From Promethearchaeota archaeon (GTDB lineage Archaea > Asgardarchaeota > Lokiarchaeia > Sigyniarchaeales > SOKP01): a stretch of 64,000 bases of DNA. Shown piece after piece: positions 47,556-57,628 of the stretch. Location: the NCBI GenBank assembly GCA_019058365.1, contig JAHPZE010000021.1, positions 12,100 to 76,099 on the forward strand, written 5' to 3'. A program made the translations under genes and the position numbers. Numbering within the stretch: the stretch's first letter is position 1; each line of letters begins with the position of its first letter. Under the pieces are notes generated by a model, which did no database searches, was not told where the DNA came from, and was given only the letters and a program-made list of their open reading frames with translations.

Positions 47556-50069
47556 TTGATTAATGGTCGCTTTATAAAAAATATTTTTTTAATTTCTATT
47601 TTTTCTCTTTATTTTATGAGTTTCATTTTTTTTAAGGATATATTCTTCAATTTAATTGGATGGGAAATTTCAATTATATTGCTCTTAGGCTTTAGTGTAA
47701 TAATACTTGTATTTTTCATATTTATTAATTTAAATCATCATAAAGGTAACAAAACGCTATTTCAAATCCGATTTTTATCAGAAAATTCTATCAAATTTCT
47801 AATTTTAATATTCTTTATGATAAATATTTTTATCTCAACTAACTTAGGCTCTAAATCAATAATATTATGGAAAAATCTAAACTTTTTAAATTATTTTAAA
47901 GCAATAATTACTATTATTGTGTGTGCTTACTTACCTGGAGCAAGCTTATTTAAAATATTTTTTCCCGATGATATTTTAAGTGAAAAATTTGGCATTGAAC
48001 CAATGATATTAAAATTAACTTTTTATCCTCTCCTCTCTTTTGGTTTTCTAGGAATTTCTGTTTTATTTTTTGATCAGCTTGGATTTAACATTGTACAAAT
48101 TGAGATAAATTTAGTCATAACAATTTTAGCCCTATTTTTTGTTGATATTATATTCCAAGTAAAACGTTCTAATGCGATAAATTTAAAATTGATTAATGTA
48201 AATATTTCAAGATATAGTTTTATTATACTCTTACTAGCTTTCGGAATTTCCATAATTTCGATAGGATTTTCATTTGGATTGGAATATCTTATTTCAGGAG
48301 ATCCTTGGGACGCAATAAAATTTGCTAATCAAATTGGAGATCCTAATAAGAGTCCTCTTTTTCTTGAGAGTTATCCAAACTTTTGGGGCTACATTTCTTT
48401 TGGTTTAAGTGTTTTGAGTAGTGCACCAATTATTAATATTAATACCTTATTAGCACCCTTTAGTTATTTATTTATTACTTCTATATATCTCTTTATGAAA
48501 TCTATTTTATTCAATTTTAAAATTAAATATGCTGTGTTTTCAACAGTATTAATGTCAATTTTTTCAGGAATATTTATATATCCTCTTGTCTCATCATTAA
48601 TTTTTGTGAGTGAGTACTACTTTATTTATAAAAGTTATTCATATTTCCTATTTTTTAATAGTTTAGCATTATTTATTGCGGCTACTAATAATAAATCCTA
48701 TAAGAGTTTAAAAATTGGGAAGTTTTTTAAAACTACGGAATTTAAAATGATTTTTTTTGCATCATTCTTTTTAATATTAAGCTTAATGACTTATATGTTC
48801 CCCTTATTGATAAGTATTATTTTTTTATTAATATATTGTTTGTTCTCGGATAGTAATAGAAAGTTCCTGAATTTCAATTATTTAATTCTTCTTACATTAA
48901 TGATAGCTGGTTTTTTATTAGTCTTTGATGTTTTCTTAAATTTTTATCTTAGTTATAATATAATTGAATGGCTCAATTTATTTTTTACTCGTAGTAATGA
49001 GTTCACAAAAATCAGTATTTTTATTAGACCATTATTAATTTATCCAGTATTTTTACTGTTTATCTTCATTATATACATTTTAAATAAGGTTTTTTTTAAA
49101 GAAATTGCGGAAAAAAATGAAAAGAGTAAAATGAAATTTAATAAATCTAAATTATATAAAATAGTTTTAGTTACATTAACAATTTTTTTTTTGATAGAAC
49201 TGTTTTTTGGTATTTTTGAGTTAATTTTTTTAGACGTTAATTTAAGTGATAATTTTTTCTTCTTTTTGATTTTAGATAAATTTTTTTTGAATATTGGACT
49301 TATTGGAATTTCTGGTATTTATCTATCTTATTATTGTTTTAAAAAAAATAAAAATCTATACTTCAATTTACTTTTCTGGATTCTTATTTCATATATTTTC
49401 GCACTTTTAATAATTTTTCTCGAAATGATTATTAATTTCCCTTTATCACCAGAAAGTATTCCAGAAAGCAATAATCAATATATGATTCATTGGTTCAATA
49501 GAATTTGGTTCTATTCAATTCCACCCTTATGTATTTTTGCTTGTATTGGAATATTTGAATTTATTAAGAAAATCAGAAAAATCGAGTTTTTTCAGAGAAG
49601 AAATAAATCGTTTAAAATCTTAATAAAGAATTTATCTTTAATTAGTATTTTATATCTTTCTTTTTCAGGAATTATTATAACAGGAGTAATCTATGGGAAT
49701 AAAAATTTTAGATATTCTAATAATCAAATTAAGACTCTCGAGTGGGTTTCAGAAAATATCCCAATTCATAAAGGGGTAGTTGTAGGTGATAATTTTTTTA
49801 TGGGGGTTGGTGTGGATTCAATAACTTTTGTTAGACAATATTTTTTTTATGATATTTTTGAAGAAGATTTTAATGAAACTCAGTGTATAGAACAAATCGA
49901 ATATTTAAAAAATGAAACAATTCAATATGCGGTAATCTCGCAGTTCTTTATATCTTATTATCTTAACAAATCAGATTTTACTAATAATATTTTAATTCCT
50001 CAGTTTTACAACATTACTTTGTATCAGGAAGGAGGTCTATCAGTACATTATGCCCCATATTTTGATTAA
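47556..50069 (+). CDS. Large GT-C-like membrane protein (paralog of 34920-38027)
   Basis: AYLPGAS, SGDPWDA, FWGYISFGLSVL, PLSPESIP...WFNRIWFY, LEWVSENIP. Confidence 0.6.
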   Translation: MINGRFIKNIFLISIFSLYFMSFIFFKDIFFNLIGWEISIILLLGFSVIILVFFIFINLNHHKGNKTLFQIRFLSENSIKFLILIFFMINIFISTNLGSKSIILWKNLNFLNYFKAIITIIVCAYLPGASLFKIFFPDDILSEKFGIEPMILKLTFYPLLSFGFLGISVLFFDQLGFNIVQIEINLVITILALFFVDIIFQVKRSNAINLKLINVNISRYSFIILLLAFGISIISIGFSFGLEYLISGDPWDAIKFANQIGDPNKSPLFLESYPNFWGYISFGLSVLSSAPIININTLLAPFSYLFITSIYLFMKSILFNFKIKYAVFSTVLMSIFSGIFIYPLVSSLIFVSEYYFIYKSYSYFLFFNSLALFIAATNNKSYKSLKIGKFFKTTEFKMIFFASFFLILSLMTYMFPLLISIIFLLIYCLFSDSNRKFLNFNYLILLTLMIAGFLLVFDVFLNFYLSYNIIEWLNLFFTRSNEFTKISIFIRPLLIYPVFLLFIFIIYILNKVFFKEIAEKNEKSKMKFNKSKLYKIVLVTLTIFFLIELFFGIFELIFLDVNLSDNFFFFLILDKFFLNIGLIGISGIYLSYYCFKKNKNLYFNLLFWILISYIFALLIIFLEMIINFPLSPESIPESNNQYMIHWFNRIWFYSIPPLCIFACIGIFEFIKKIRKIEFFQRRNKSFKILIKNLSLISILYLSFSGIIITGVIYGNKNFRYSNNQIKTLEWVSENIPIHKGVVVGDNFFMGVGVDSITFVRQYFFYDIFEEDFNETQCIEQIEYLKNETIQYAVISQFFISYYLNKSDFTNNILIPQFYNITLYQEGGLSVHYAPYFD

Positions 50070-50086
50070 GCTTTTAATTCGAAAGA

Positions 50087-50734
50087 TCAGTTTAATGATT
50101 TTCCCGGCCCAAAAGGCCGTAATCTAGCAATTCTACGTTCAATTCCCGCAATATCCGAGACACCATGGAATCTATATCTAAGGGTGTTTATAGAAATAAC
50201 AAAGCCTATAATTGTTATTTTTTCAATAGTCTGATTTACAAATTCTATGGAATAGTAGTTAAAAGAATTTAGATGCAATTTTCGGGTTAACGAGTTCTTT
50301 CCATTCACTTTTTTGACTCTTGCTATCAATTCATCATCAGAAATATTTATAATTTCATAATTCCAATGCCTAAAATCACCCACAGCAGTATAATCTGTAT
50401 TTCCAAAGCTATTTTCAATATAAATTTTTGAAATCGGAAAGAGTGATTTTTTCTTTTTGATTTTACCGATTATGTTATTAGTTTTATCTTTTAAATATTG
50501 TCTTTTATAAAAAGAACTTTTCTTATCTTCAATTACAATAATTTTATTGTTAATTAAATCCTGAATTTTTAACTTTTTATTTGGATTAAAGAAAGGTATG
50601 AATATTTTACCAATAATTTGGCCTAATTCATTTATAATATCTTCGCTTCCAAAATTTTCGAATTGCTTTTTTAAAATAGCGAAGTTATAATCAGCTCGAG
50701 ATTTTTCTTTTAAAATCATGCTTGATTTCCTCAA
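50087..50734 (-). CDS. LURP-one/Tubby-C/scramblase-like beta-barrel protein
   Basis: Repeated D..N.IIG.IK and NYEI...D..IARVKK strands, GDF..WNY, and a C-terminal hydrophobic helix (IIGFVISI). Confidence 0.6.
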   Translation of the reverse strand: MRKSSMILKEKSRADYNFAILKKQFENFGSEDIINELGQIIGKIFIPFFNPNKKLKIQDLINNKIIVIEDKKSSFYKRQYLKDKTNNIIGKIKKKKSLFPISKIYIENSFGNTDYTAVGDFRHWNYEIINISDDELIARVKKVNGKNSLTRKLHLNSFNYYSIEFVNQTIEKITIIGFVISINTLRYRFHGVSDIAGIERRIARLRPFGPGKSLN

Positions 50735-50868
50735 CGAAATTTCGGAATTCTTGCCAATTGTGTACTTTTAATTTTGATAAATCTTTTGAAACAATTATAT
50801 AAACATTTGATCATAATAATTTTAATTTAAGATCTTTAAACCAACATGAGTTAAGAATAATTCTAGAT

Positions 50869-52296
50869 ATGAAAATATTAATAATCAATTTACCAAGATT
50901 TCAAGGGTCCTCGGTTACTCGTGAGGGACGTTGCGAATTTGTGTGTAATTACCGTGTCGACACACCAGCAACATTATTAATAATAGCTTCTTTATTAAGA
51001 AACCAAAGATATCAGATCGATTTCATAGATGCTAATGCTCGAAATTTAGATTATTCATTTATACGAAATTTATTAAAAAATAAGAATCCCGATTGTGTAA
51101 TATTTACTTTTAATTCTTGGATAATTGATTACGATTTAAGAATTTGCGAGATTGCAAAAAATATAAATCCAAACTGTAAAACAATAGGGTATTCTTGGTT
51201 TGCGAAGAACCATTCAATGGAAATTTTATCAAGATTTACAAATTTAGATATTCAAATAATTGAAGATCCGTTTTCTATGATTGAAAGTTTAATAGACTGT
51301 TTAACTAAAAGAGGAAATCTCGGGAAAATTGGAGGATTTGCGTATAGAGATAATAATAATGAAATAAGAATAAATAGAAAATTGAACTATGAAAAAGACT
51401 TTAGAGAATTACCCTTACCATCATATAACTTAATAGAATCCTTTAAACCTTATTATTTATATACTCCTTTATTAAAGCCATATGCATTAGTTTATGCTGG
51501 TAAAGGGTGCCCCTATAGCTGTGTTTATTGCCCTGATGCTAATACAAAATATAGTGGGCGCTCAGCAAAAGATATTGTGGAAGAATTAAAAGTTTTAAAA
51601 AAGTTAGGAAAAATAAAATACGTTTGGTTTTATGACCAAGTTTTTACTATCAATCGAAAGCGAATAATCGAGTTCTGTAAAAAGTTGATTAAGGAAAATC
51701 TTAAAATTAATTGGTTTTGTGATACAAGAGCAGATTTGGTTGATCTAAACCTCTTAAAAATAATGAAAGCAGCGGGTTGTATAGGGGTTGCTTACGGTAT
51801 AGAATCAGGATCTCAAAAAATTTTAAATAATATGAAAAAATCAATCACAATTTCTCAAGCAGTTAAGGCTTTAAACTGGACTAGAAAAGCAAGAATCCCC
51901 CTTCAATTAAATTTGCTACTGGGTTATATTGGAGAAAATGAAAATACACTTAAAGAAACAGAAAATCTTGTAAGACTAACATTACCTCAGATTATGCAGA
52001 CTTCTTTTATAATAGCAATGAATGGAACTGAATTTACAAATTTAGCAATTGAAAACAATTGGATAAGCAATAATATTAGCTGGCAAGAGAAAATTACGGA
52101 TCTAAGATTAGAAAAAAATCGATATGAACCATTCCAACTCAATCTAATAAAAGAAAAAAAAACACTGTATAAGATTTTGTATCTGAATCCCAAGTGGTGG
52201 CTTAATAGTATTAATACTTTAGTTAAGAATCCCAATTTGATATTACCGATTATAGGAACCTTAATAAATAGATCAAAATCAATTAAGATTATATAG
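50869..52296 (+). CDS. B12-binding radical SAM protein
   Basis: N-terminal cobalamin-binding-like domain (REGRCE...PATLLIIASLL...IDANA), KGCPYSCVYC, YGIESGSQ. Confidence 0.9.
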   Translation: MKILIINLPRFQGSSVTREGRCEFVCNYRVDTPATLLIIASLLRNQRYQIDFIDANARNLDYSFIRNLLKNKNPDCVIFTFNSWIIDYDLRICEIAKNINPNCKTIGYSWFAKNHSMEILSRFTNLDIQIIEDPFSMIESLIDCLTKRGNLGKIGGFAYRDNNNEIRINRKLNYEKDFRELPLPSYNLIESFKPYYLYTPLLKPYALVYAGKGCPYSCVYCPDANTKYSGRSAKDIVEELKVLKKLGKIKYVWFYDQVFTINRKRIIEFCKKLIKENLKINWFCDTRADLVDLNLLKIMKAAGCIGVAYGIESGSQKILNNMKKSITISQAVKALNWTRKARIPLQLNLLLGYIGENENTLKETENLVRLTLPQIMQTSFIIAMNGTEFTNLAIENNWISNNISWQEKITDLRLEKNRYEPFQLNLIKEKKTLYKILYLNPKWWLNSINTLVKNPNLILPIIGTLINRSKSIKII

Positions 52297-53227
52297 TGTG
52301 ACTATTTTTCATTTCTTTTTCTTGGGCTTTCATTTTTAGAAGCGATTCTTCAATACTTAAAGGTTTAACCTTTAGCAATAGTTGTGCTTTATTAACATCT
52401 AAACAGCATCGCATAGGTCTTTTTGCAACCTGTTTAAACATATCACTACTTACAGGTGTAATCAACTTTCTGTTGATGTTAAATATTTTAGCAATTTTTA
52501 GTGTAAACTCATATCGATTTATGCATTCAGCACCAACGGTATGAAAAATACCACTAACGGTTGAATTAGCAAGTGATAATAAAAATTCAGCTAAATTATC
52601 GGCTAGTGTAGGAGTGCTAAATTGATCATTAACGATTTTTAAACTTTCTCCGTCTCTTAACTTATTAAGTGCCCAAATAACAAAGTTCATGGTTTTTCCA
52701 GAACTTGATTTTTGTCCCTTAAGTTCACCGGGATTCCAACCAAAAACGAGACTTGTTCTTGCTATTGCATAACTAATCCCAGAAGTAGCAATTTTTTCTT
52801 CTGCTCTAAGTTTGGAAATCCCATAATAATTTAATGGATTTGTTTTACTTTTTTCATTATACTTTTTAGCAGTTCCATCGAAAACATAATCTGTGGAGAT
52901 ATAAATAAATCTGGCATTAATTTCTTTACAAAGATCTGTTATATAACTTGGTGAATTAACATTTACATTCCAAGTCTCTTCGTGATGAGTTTCACAGTAA
53001 TCTACATTATGAAGGGCAGAACAATCTACTATTATATTTGGCTTAAGTTCTTTTATTACAGAATCTATTTTTTCTTTATCTGTTTTATCAAGTTGAAATA
53101 TTTCACAATTTTCAATTGTTACAGCGCGATTATTGTACGAACCATAAACTTCAAACTTTTGGGCAGATAAATTTGCTAATTTATATCCAGTTAGCCCACT
53201 TGCACCAATAATTAGTAATTTTTTCAT
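52289..53227 (-). CDS. rmlD: dTDP-4-dehydrorhamnose reductase
   Basis: GASGLTG, VDYCE, ISTDYVFDG, NYYGISK, VNDQFSTPT, AKRP. Confidence 0.92.
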   Translation of the reverse strand: MKKLLIIGASGLTGYKLANLSAQKFEVYGSYNNRAVTIENCEIFQLDKTDKEKIDSVIKELKPNIIVDCSALHNVDYCETHHEETWNVNVNSPSYITDLCKEINARFIYISTDYVFDGTAKKYNEKSKTNPLNYYGISKLRAEEKIATSGISYAIARTSLVFGWNPGELKGQKSSSGKTMNFVIWALNKLRDGESLKIVNDQFSTPTLADNLAEFLLSLANSTVSGIFHTVGAECINRYEFTLKIAKIFNINRKLITPVSSDMFKQVAKRPMRCCLDVNKAQLLLKVKPLSIEESLLKMKAQEKEMKNSHTI

Positions 53228-53332
53228 AATGATATAGATTTTTTAAAAATTATAAATATTAAAATTTACTATACAAAAATTACTGAATTAAATAATAAAT
53301 GGAATTAATCTTAGATATAAAGGTTAACAAAG

Positions 53333-53851
53333 ATGATTGATGGTATTGTTATTAAAGATGTTAAAAAATTTGTAGATGAGCGGGGTTTCTTTTCTGAACT
53401 TTTAAGAGATGATTGGAAAGATTTGTTATCTGATGATAAATTAGTTCAATTTAATCTGTCATTTAGTTATCCGGATATTGTTAGAGCATGGCATAGGCAT
53501 TTAAAAGGACAGGTTGATTATTTTATTTGTATTTCTGGAGCCATTAAAGTGTGTGCTTATGATGATAGAAAGAACTCAGAAACATCTGGAGAAATTGATG
53601 AAATTATTCTTAGCGAAGAAGACTTAAAAGTTGCAAGGATACCGGGTATACTTTGGCATGGTTATAAAGTTCTTGGGGCAAAACCAATTAAAATGTTATA
53701 TGGTGTGAATAAACTCTATAACTACAAGGACCCTGATGAAGAAAGAAGGGCTTGGAATGATGAGTTAATAATTCCTAAATCAATTAATGGAAAAGCTAAC
53801 GATCCTAGAGTCGGTAAACCTTGGGATTGGTATTATTTACCAAATAAATAA
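53333..53851 (+). CDS. rmlC: dTDP-4-dehydrorhamnose 3,5-epimerase family (cupin)
   Basis: DERGFFSE, VRAWHRH, IPGILWHGY. Confidence 0.9.
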   Translation: MIDGIVIKDVKKFVDERGFFSELLRDDWKDLLSDDKLVQFNLSFSYPDIVRAWHRHLKGQVDYFICISGAIKVCAYDDRKNSETSGEIDEIILSEEDLKVARIPGILWHGYKVLGAKPIKMLYGVNKLYNYKDPDEERRAWNDELIIPKSINGKANDPRVGKPWDWYYLPNK

Positions 53852-53904
53852 TTAAATGAAAAATTCTTTTACAGAATATTAATAAAAATTTCAAGGTAGA
53901 TTAA

Positions 53905-54903
53905 ATGAAAATAATGGTTGCTGGAGGAGGGGGATACTTAGGTAGTATTTTAATACCAAAGCTTCTAGATGAAGGATATGATGTAAAATGTTTAGATAAA
54001 CTTTTTTTTGGAGAAGAACCAATAGAATCTTTTAGAGAGGATATAGAACTCATAAAGGAAGATATCCGAACATTTAATCCTTCAATTCTTGATGATATTG
54101 ACGTATGTGTTAACTTAGCAGCAATTTCTCAACCTGATCAAACAGAAGCAATTGATACAAAATTATATTATGAAATAAATCATGAAGGTTCAGTAAGAGT
54201 AGCGAAATTATGTAAAGAAATGGGAGTAAAAAAATATATATTCACATCAACTTGTAGCGTATATGGATTTCAGAAGGATATAATTAGTGAAGAAAACGAT
54301 CCTAATCCTCTTGAAGCATATGGTAAATCAAAATTGTTAGCAGAAAAAGAGATACTAAATATAGCTGATAATAATTTCACCGTAACTATTTTAAGACCAG
54401 GAACTATGTATGGATTTTCACCTAAGATGCGATTTGATTTAGTTGTTAATGGAATGACATGGGCACTGCAAGAATTTAAAAAAATAAATGTTATGAGGGA
54501 TGGAACTCAATGGAGGCCCAATGTACATGTTAATGATGTTGTGAGACTGATAGCTAAATTAATCGAAACAGATGAAGATAAAATACAAAGAGAAATTTTT
54601 AATGTTGGAGCTAATGAGCAAAATTATCAAATACATCCTTTAGCAAAGCTTATTGGGGATTCAGTGGGGGTAGACTATGAATTAGGATGGTATGGTGAAC
54701 CAGATACACGTTCATATAGAGTAGATTTTTCAAAGCTTAAAAATAAATTAGGATTTAAAATCAAACATACTGTACCAGAAGCAGCTAAAGATGTATATAA
54801 TGCTTTAAATGAAAAAAGAACTGAAAAAAGTGAAAAAACTTCAGTAGTTCATTGGTATAAAAAAATAAGTGATGAAGGAAAAATTGAATTATTTAATACT
54901 TAA
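53905..54903 (+). CDS. NAD-dependent epimerase/dehydratase (SDR)
   Basis: GGGGYLG, STCSVYG, YGKSK, SPKMRFDLVVN, QWRP. Confidence 0.9.
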   Translation: MKIMVAGGGGYLGSILIPKLLDEGYDVKCLDKLFFGEEPIESFREDIELIKEDIRTFNPSILDDIDVCVNLAAISQPDQTEAIDTKLYYEINHEGSVRVAKLCKEMGVKKYIFTSTCSVYGFQKDIISEENDPNPLEAYGKSKLLAEKEILNIADNNFTVTILRPGTMYGFSPKMRFDLVVNGMTWALQEFKKINVMRDGTQWRPNVHVNDVVRLIAKLIETDEDKIQREIFNVGANEQNYQIHPLAKLIGDSVGVDYELGWYGEPDTRSYRVDFSKLKNKLGFKIKHTVPEAAKDVYNALNEKRTEKSEKTSVVHWYKKISDEGKIELFNT

Positions 54904-54937
54904 TAATTTTCATTGATTAACTTTTCTATTTGAAATT

Positions 54938-55678
54938 TCATTCCCTTTTTGAAAATTCACTTTCAAAATTACAGCATCTTAACAATGTTTTAAATGTTCC
55001 AGCATCAGACCAAAATCCATTAACGATTTGCGCTTTTGCGGTTCCTATTTTAATATAATAATTATTAACATCAGTTATCTCCAGCTCTCCTCTGTCAGAA
55101 TATCCAATATCATTTATAACTTTCTCGATTATTTTAAATATGTTCTCATCGTAGAAATAAAGTCCAGTTACACATAAGTTCGTTTTAGGGAGCTTTGGTT
55201 TTTCTTCAATATTAATAATTTCTCCTCTTTCATTTAATTCTGCTACCCCAAATCTTTCTGGATCAGGAACTTCTTTTAAAAATAGAATACAACCATATTC
55301 ATTATTATTTTCAAATTCTTCTACAGCATTAGAAAAAGAATTTTCAAATACATTATCTCCTAAAATAACAGCGATTTTGTGACCTTTTAATATCTTTTTA
55401 GTTAAATATAGAGCTTCTGCAATACCACCAGCACCTTGTTGATAAACATAACTAAAATTTGCATTAAAGTCTGAACCATCACCTAGTAACTTAATAAAGT
55501 CACCAACACTCTCACCACCCAACACTATTGTGATATCTTTAATTCCGGAATATGTAAGTGTTTTGATGACTTTATAAATCATCGGTTCATCGTAAACAGG
55601 TAAAAGATGCTTATTTGTAACTTTAGTAAGTGGTGATAATCTAGTTCCGAAACCTCCTGCTAAAATAACACCTTTAAT
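54938..55678 (-). CDS. rmlA: Glucose-1-phosphate thymidylyltransferase (ATT start, 246 aa)
   Basis: In-frame extension upstream of the ORF-track ATG (55582) reads IKGVILAGGFGTRLSPLTKVTNKHLLPVYDEPMIY; also LGDN, PERFGV, EEKP, RGELEITD, WSDAGT. Confidence 0.92.
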   Translation of the reverse strand: MKGVILAGGFGTRLSPLTKVTNKHLLPVYDEPMIYKVIKTLTYSGIKDITIVLGGESVGDFIKLLGDGSDFNANFSYVYQQGAGGIAEALYLTKKILKGHKIAVILGDNVFENSFSNAVEEFENNNEYGCILFLKEVPDPERFGVAELNERGEIINIEEKPKLPKTNLCVTGLYFYDENIFKIIEKVINDIGYSDRGELEITDVNNYYIKIGTAKAQIVNGFWSDAGTFKTLLRCCNFESEFSKRE

Positions 55679-55787
55679 AAAAAATCACTTTTTTATGGCA
55701 ATTTATATTTAAGACGCAAAATTGTCTAACTTTTAATAATATTGTTTTTACTAATAAGATTTAAGGAATTTATTAGTATTAAGAAAT

Positions 55788-56705
55788 TCAATCAATTAAT
55801 TTTAGAAACAAATCTTCAAGGGATAAAGATGGTTCACTAATCCTTAGTACTTTATAATTAGCTAATATTGGAAATAAATTAGCATAATCTTCTCTTTGTT
55901 TTAAGGTAATAACTAATCCATCATTATTTTCAATAATACTTTTAAAAAAATCTTTTTGATTCAATTCGTTTACTAATTCAGACTTATTTTCCCTTAATTC
56001 GACATTGATTTTAATATCCAATTCGCTAAGTGTTTTAACTTCACTTTTAGTGCCAATTTTCAAAATTTTACCTGAATTAATAAAGGCAACACGATTACAT
56101 AATTTTTCTACTACACTCATATCATGACTAGTTAAAAATATTGTTTTATCTAAATCTCTTATTTTTTCTATAATGAAACTCTTTGATTTTACATCTAAAC
56201 CTAAAGTTGGTTCATCTAAAAATAAAATATCACGTTCTAATAATAAAGTTCTACAGAATGCTAATTTCATTTTCATTCCGCTTGAGAAGTACTCAACGTA
56301 TTGGTCAAGCCATTTAGTTAGGCCGAATTCTTCAGTTATTTCTTGGATTTTTTCTTTGTAATGTGGAATTTTATAAATTTTGCAGAAAAATTTCAAATTG
56401 TCGTAACCAGTTATTCTGTGATAAAGCATTTCACCAGCAAGCATAAGTCCAATTAAAGGCTTTATTTTTTTGGGCTGTGATAATACATCATAACCGTTAA
56501 TAGCAACATAACCACTTGTGGGTTGCTTTATTGTTGTTAGAATTTCAATTAATGTAGTTTTACCAGCTCCATTTGGTCCTAGTAATCCAAAGATTTCCCC
56601 CCTATTAACTGAAAGGTTTATGTTATCTAATGCTAGGAGAACTTTCCAAGGACGCTTTAATTTGTATTTTTTTGATAAATTCACAGTTTCTATTATTTTT
56701 TCCAT
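55788..56705 (-). CDS. ABC-2 exporter ATP-binding subunit
   Basis: GPNGAGKT, FSSGMK, LFLDEPTLGLD, TSH. Confidence 0.93.
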   Translation of the reverse strand: MEKIIETVNLSKKYKLKRPWKVLLALDNINLSVNRGEIFGLLGPNGAGKTTLIEILTTIKQPTSGYVAINGYDVLSQPKKIKPLIGLMLAGEMLYHRITGYDNLKFFCKIYKIPHYKEKIQEITEEFGLTKWLDQYVEYFSSGMKMKLAFCRTLLLERDILFLDEPTLGLDVKSKSFIIEKIRDLDKTIFLTSHDMSVVEKLCNRVAFINSGKILKIGTKSEVKTLSELDIKINVELRENKSELVNELNQKDFFKSIIENNDGLVITLKQREDYANLFPILANYKVLRISEPSLSLEDLFLKLID

Positions 56706-56710
56706 TATAA

Positions 56711-57532
56711 CTAATAGCCTGCTATTCCATATTTTTTATAAATTAAATTAAAAAGGAATACACCTATAAACGGTAGAATTGTTGATGTACCTAACAAAAT
56801 GATAAAATTAAAAGGGTAATTTTGAATTGTAATTATTATATTATCTTGAATCCATGTTATTCGTAAAACGTCAAAAATATAATAGAGAGGATTTAAATTA
56901 ATTATTCTTTGAATAATTGATGGAAAGATTTCAAAAGGGTATGTGATGCAACTAAACCAAAAAACAAACAGTAATAAAAATGATAAGAGCTTCCACACAT
57001 TTTCATTTGAAATTGCGAAGACGCCAAGAATTAATCCTATCCCACTAAAAATTAATGCTATCAAGAAAAATATTAAAATAATAAAAATTATTGTAATTAT
57101 TGAAATCGGTTCCCAAATTATACCTAAAATAAAAAATAGAATAAATGGAAAGGAAATAATTGCTAAATGGGAAAGGAATATTCCAAATAAGAGATTGAAT
57201 CTGTTGAAAGGCCCAATTATCAAAGCGGGGAGAGTTTTCCAATATTTTTCTCCAAGAAATTGGCTAGGGAAAGTATTAACTATTCCCGATATCAACATTA
57301 TATTATATGCAATAAATTGGTATAAAATAAAATTTTGATAGGTCCAATAGCCGACATTTATTCTAAAATCAAAGATATAATACATTATTATAAGTGGTGT
57401 AAAAATAGCGATTATATGGTTAATATATGATAAAACTAATCCTAATTTATATCTTAATGACAATTTAATATTTTTTTCAGTTAAAGCTAAAATTTGTGAT
57501 ATATTTTCCTTTATGGTTTTTAATTTTATCAT
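56711..57532 (-). CDS. ABC-2 type permease
   Basis: About 6 TM; EKYWKTL, YP...P......LNPLYY; 5 nt upstream of the ATPase. Confidence 0.88.
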   Translation of the reverse strand: MIKLKTIKENISQILALTEKNIKLSLRYKLGLVLSYINHIIAIFTPLIIMYYIFDFRINVGYWTYQNFILYQFIAYNIMLISGIVNTFPSQFLGEKYWKTLPALIIGPFNRFNLLFGIFLSHLAIISFPFILFFILGIIWEPISIITIIFIILIFFLIALIFSGIGLILGVFAISNENVWKLLSFLLLFVFWFSCITYPFEIFPSIIQRIINLNPLYYIFDVLRITWIQDNIIITIQNYPFNFIILLGTSTILPFIGVFLFNLIYKKYGIAGY

Positions 57533-57591
57533 CTTATTAAATTAGTCATTATCTTTAATACTTTTATTGATCTATTTAACATATCTCATAC

Positions 57592-57628
57592 TATTGATTA
57601 AAAATTATAATTAGATATTAATTTTATT
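57592..57628. promoter_or_regulatory. Conserved 37-bp upstream element, copy 1 (starts 178 nt before the GT2 ATG)
   Basis: tattgattaaaaattataattagatattaattttatt; 34/37 identical to 61661-61697. Confidence 0.55.

Noticed and set aside
55788-57532. Wzm/Wzt polysaccharide exporter call
   Set aside because: The ATPase looks like a generic DrrA/NodI-type ABC-2 protein; the substrate cannot be assigned from sequence.
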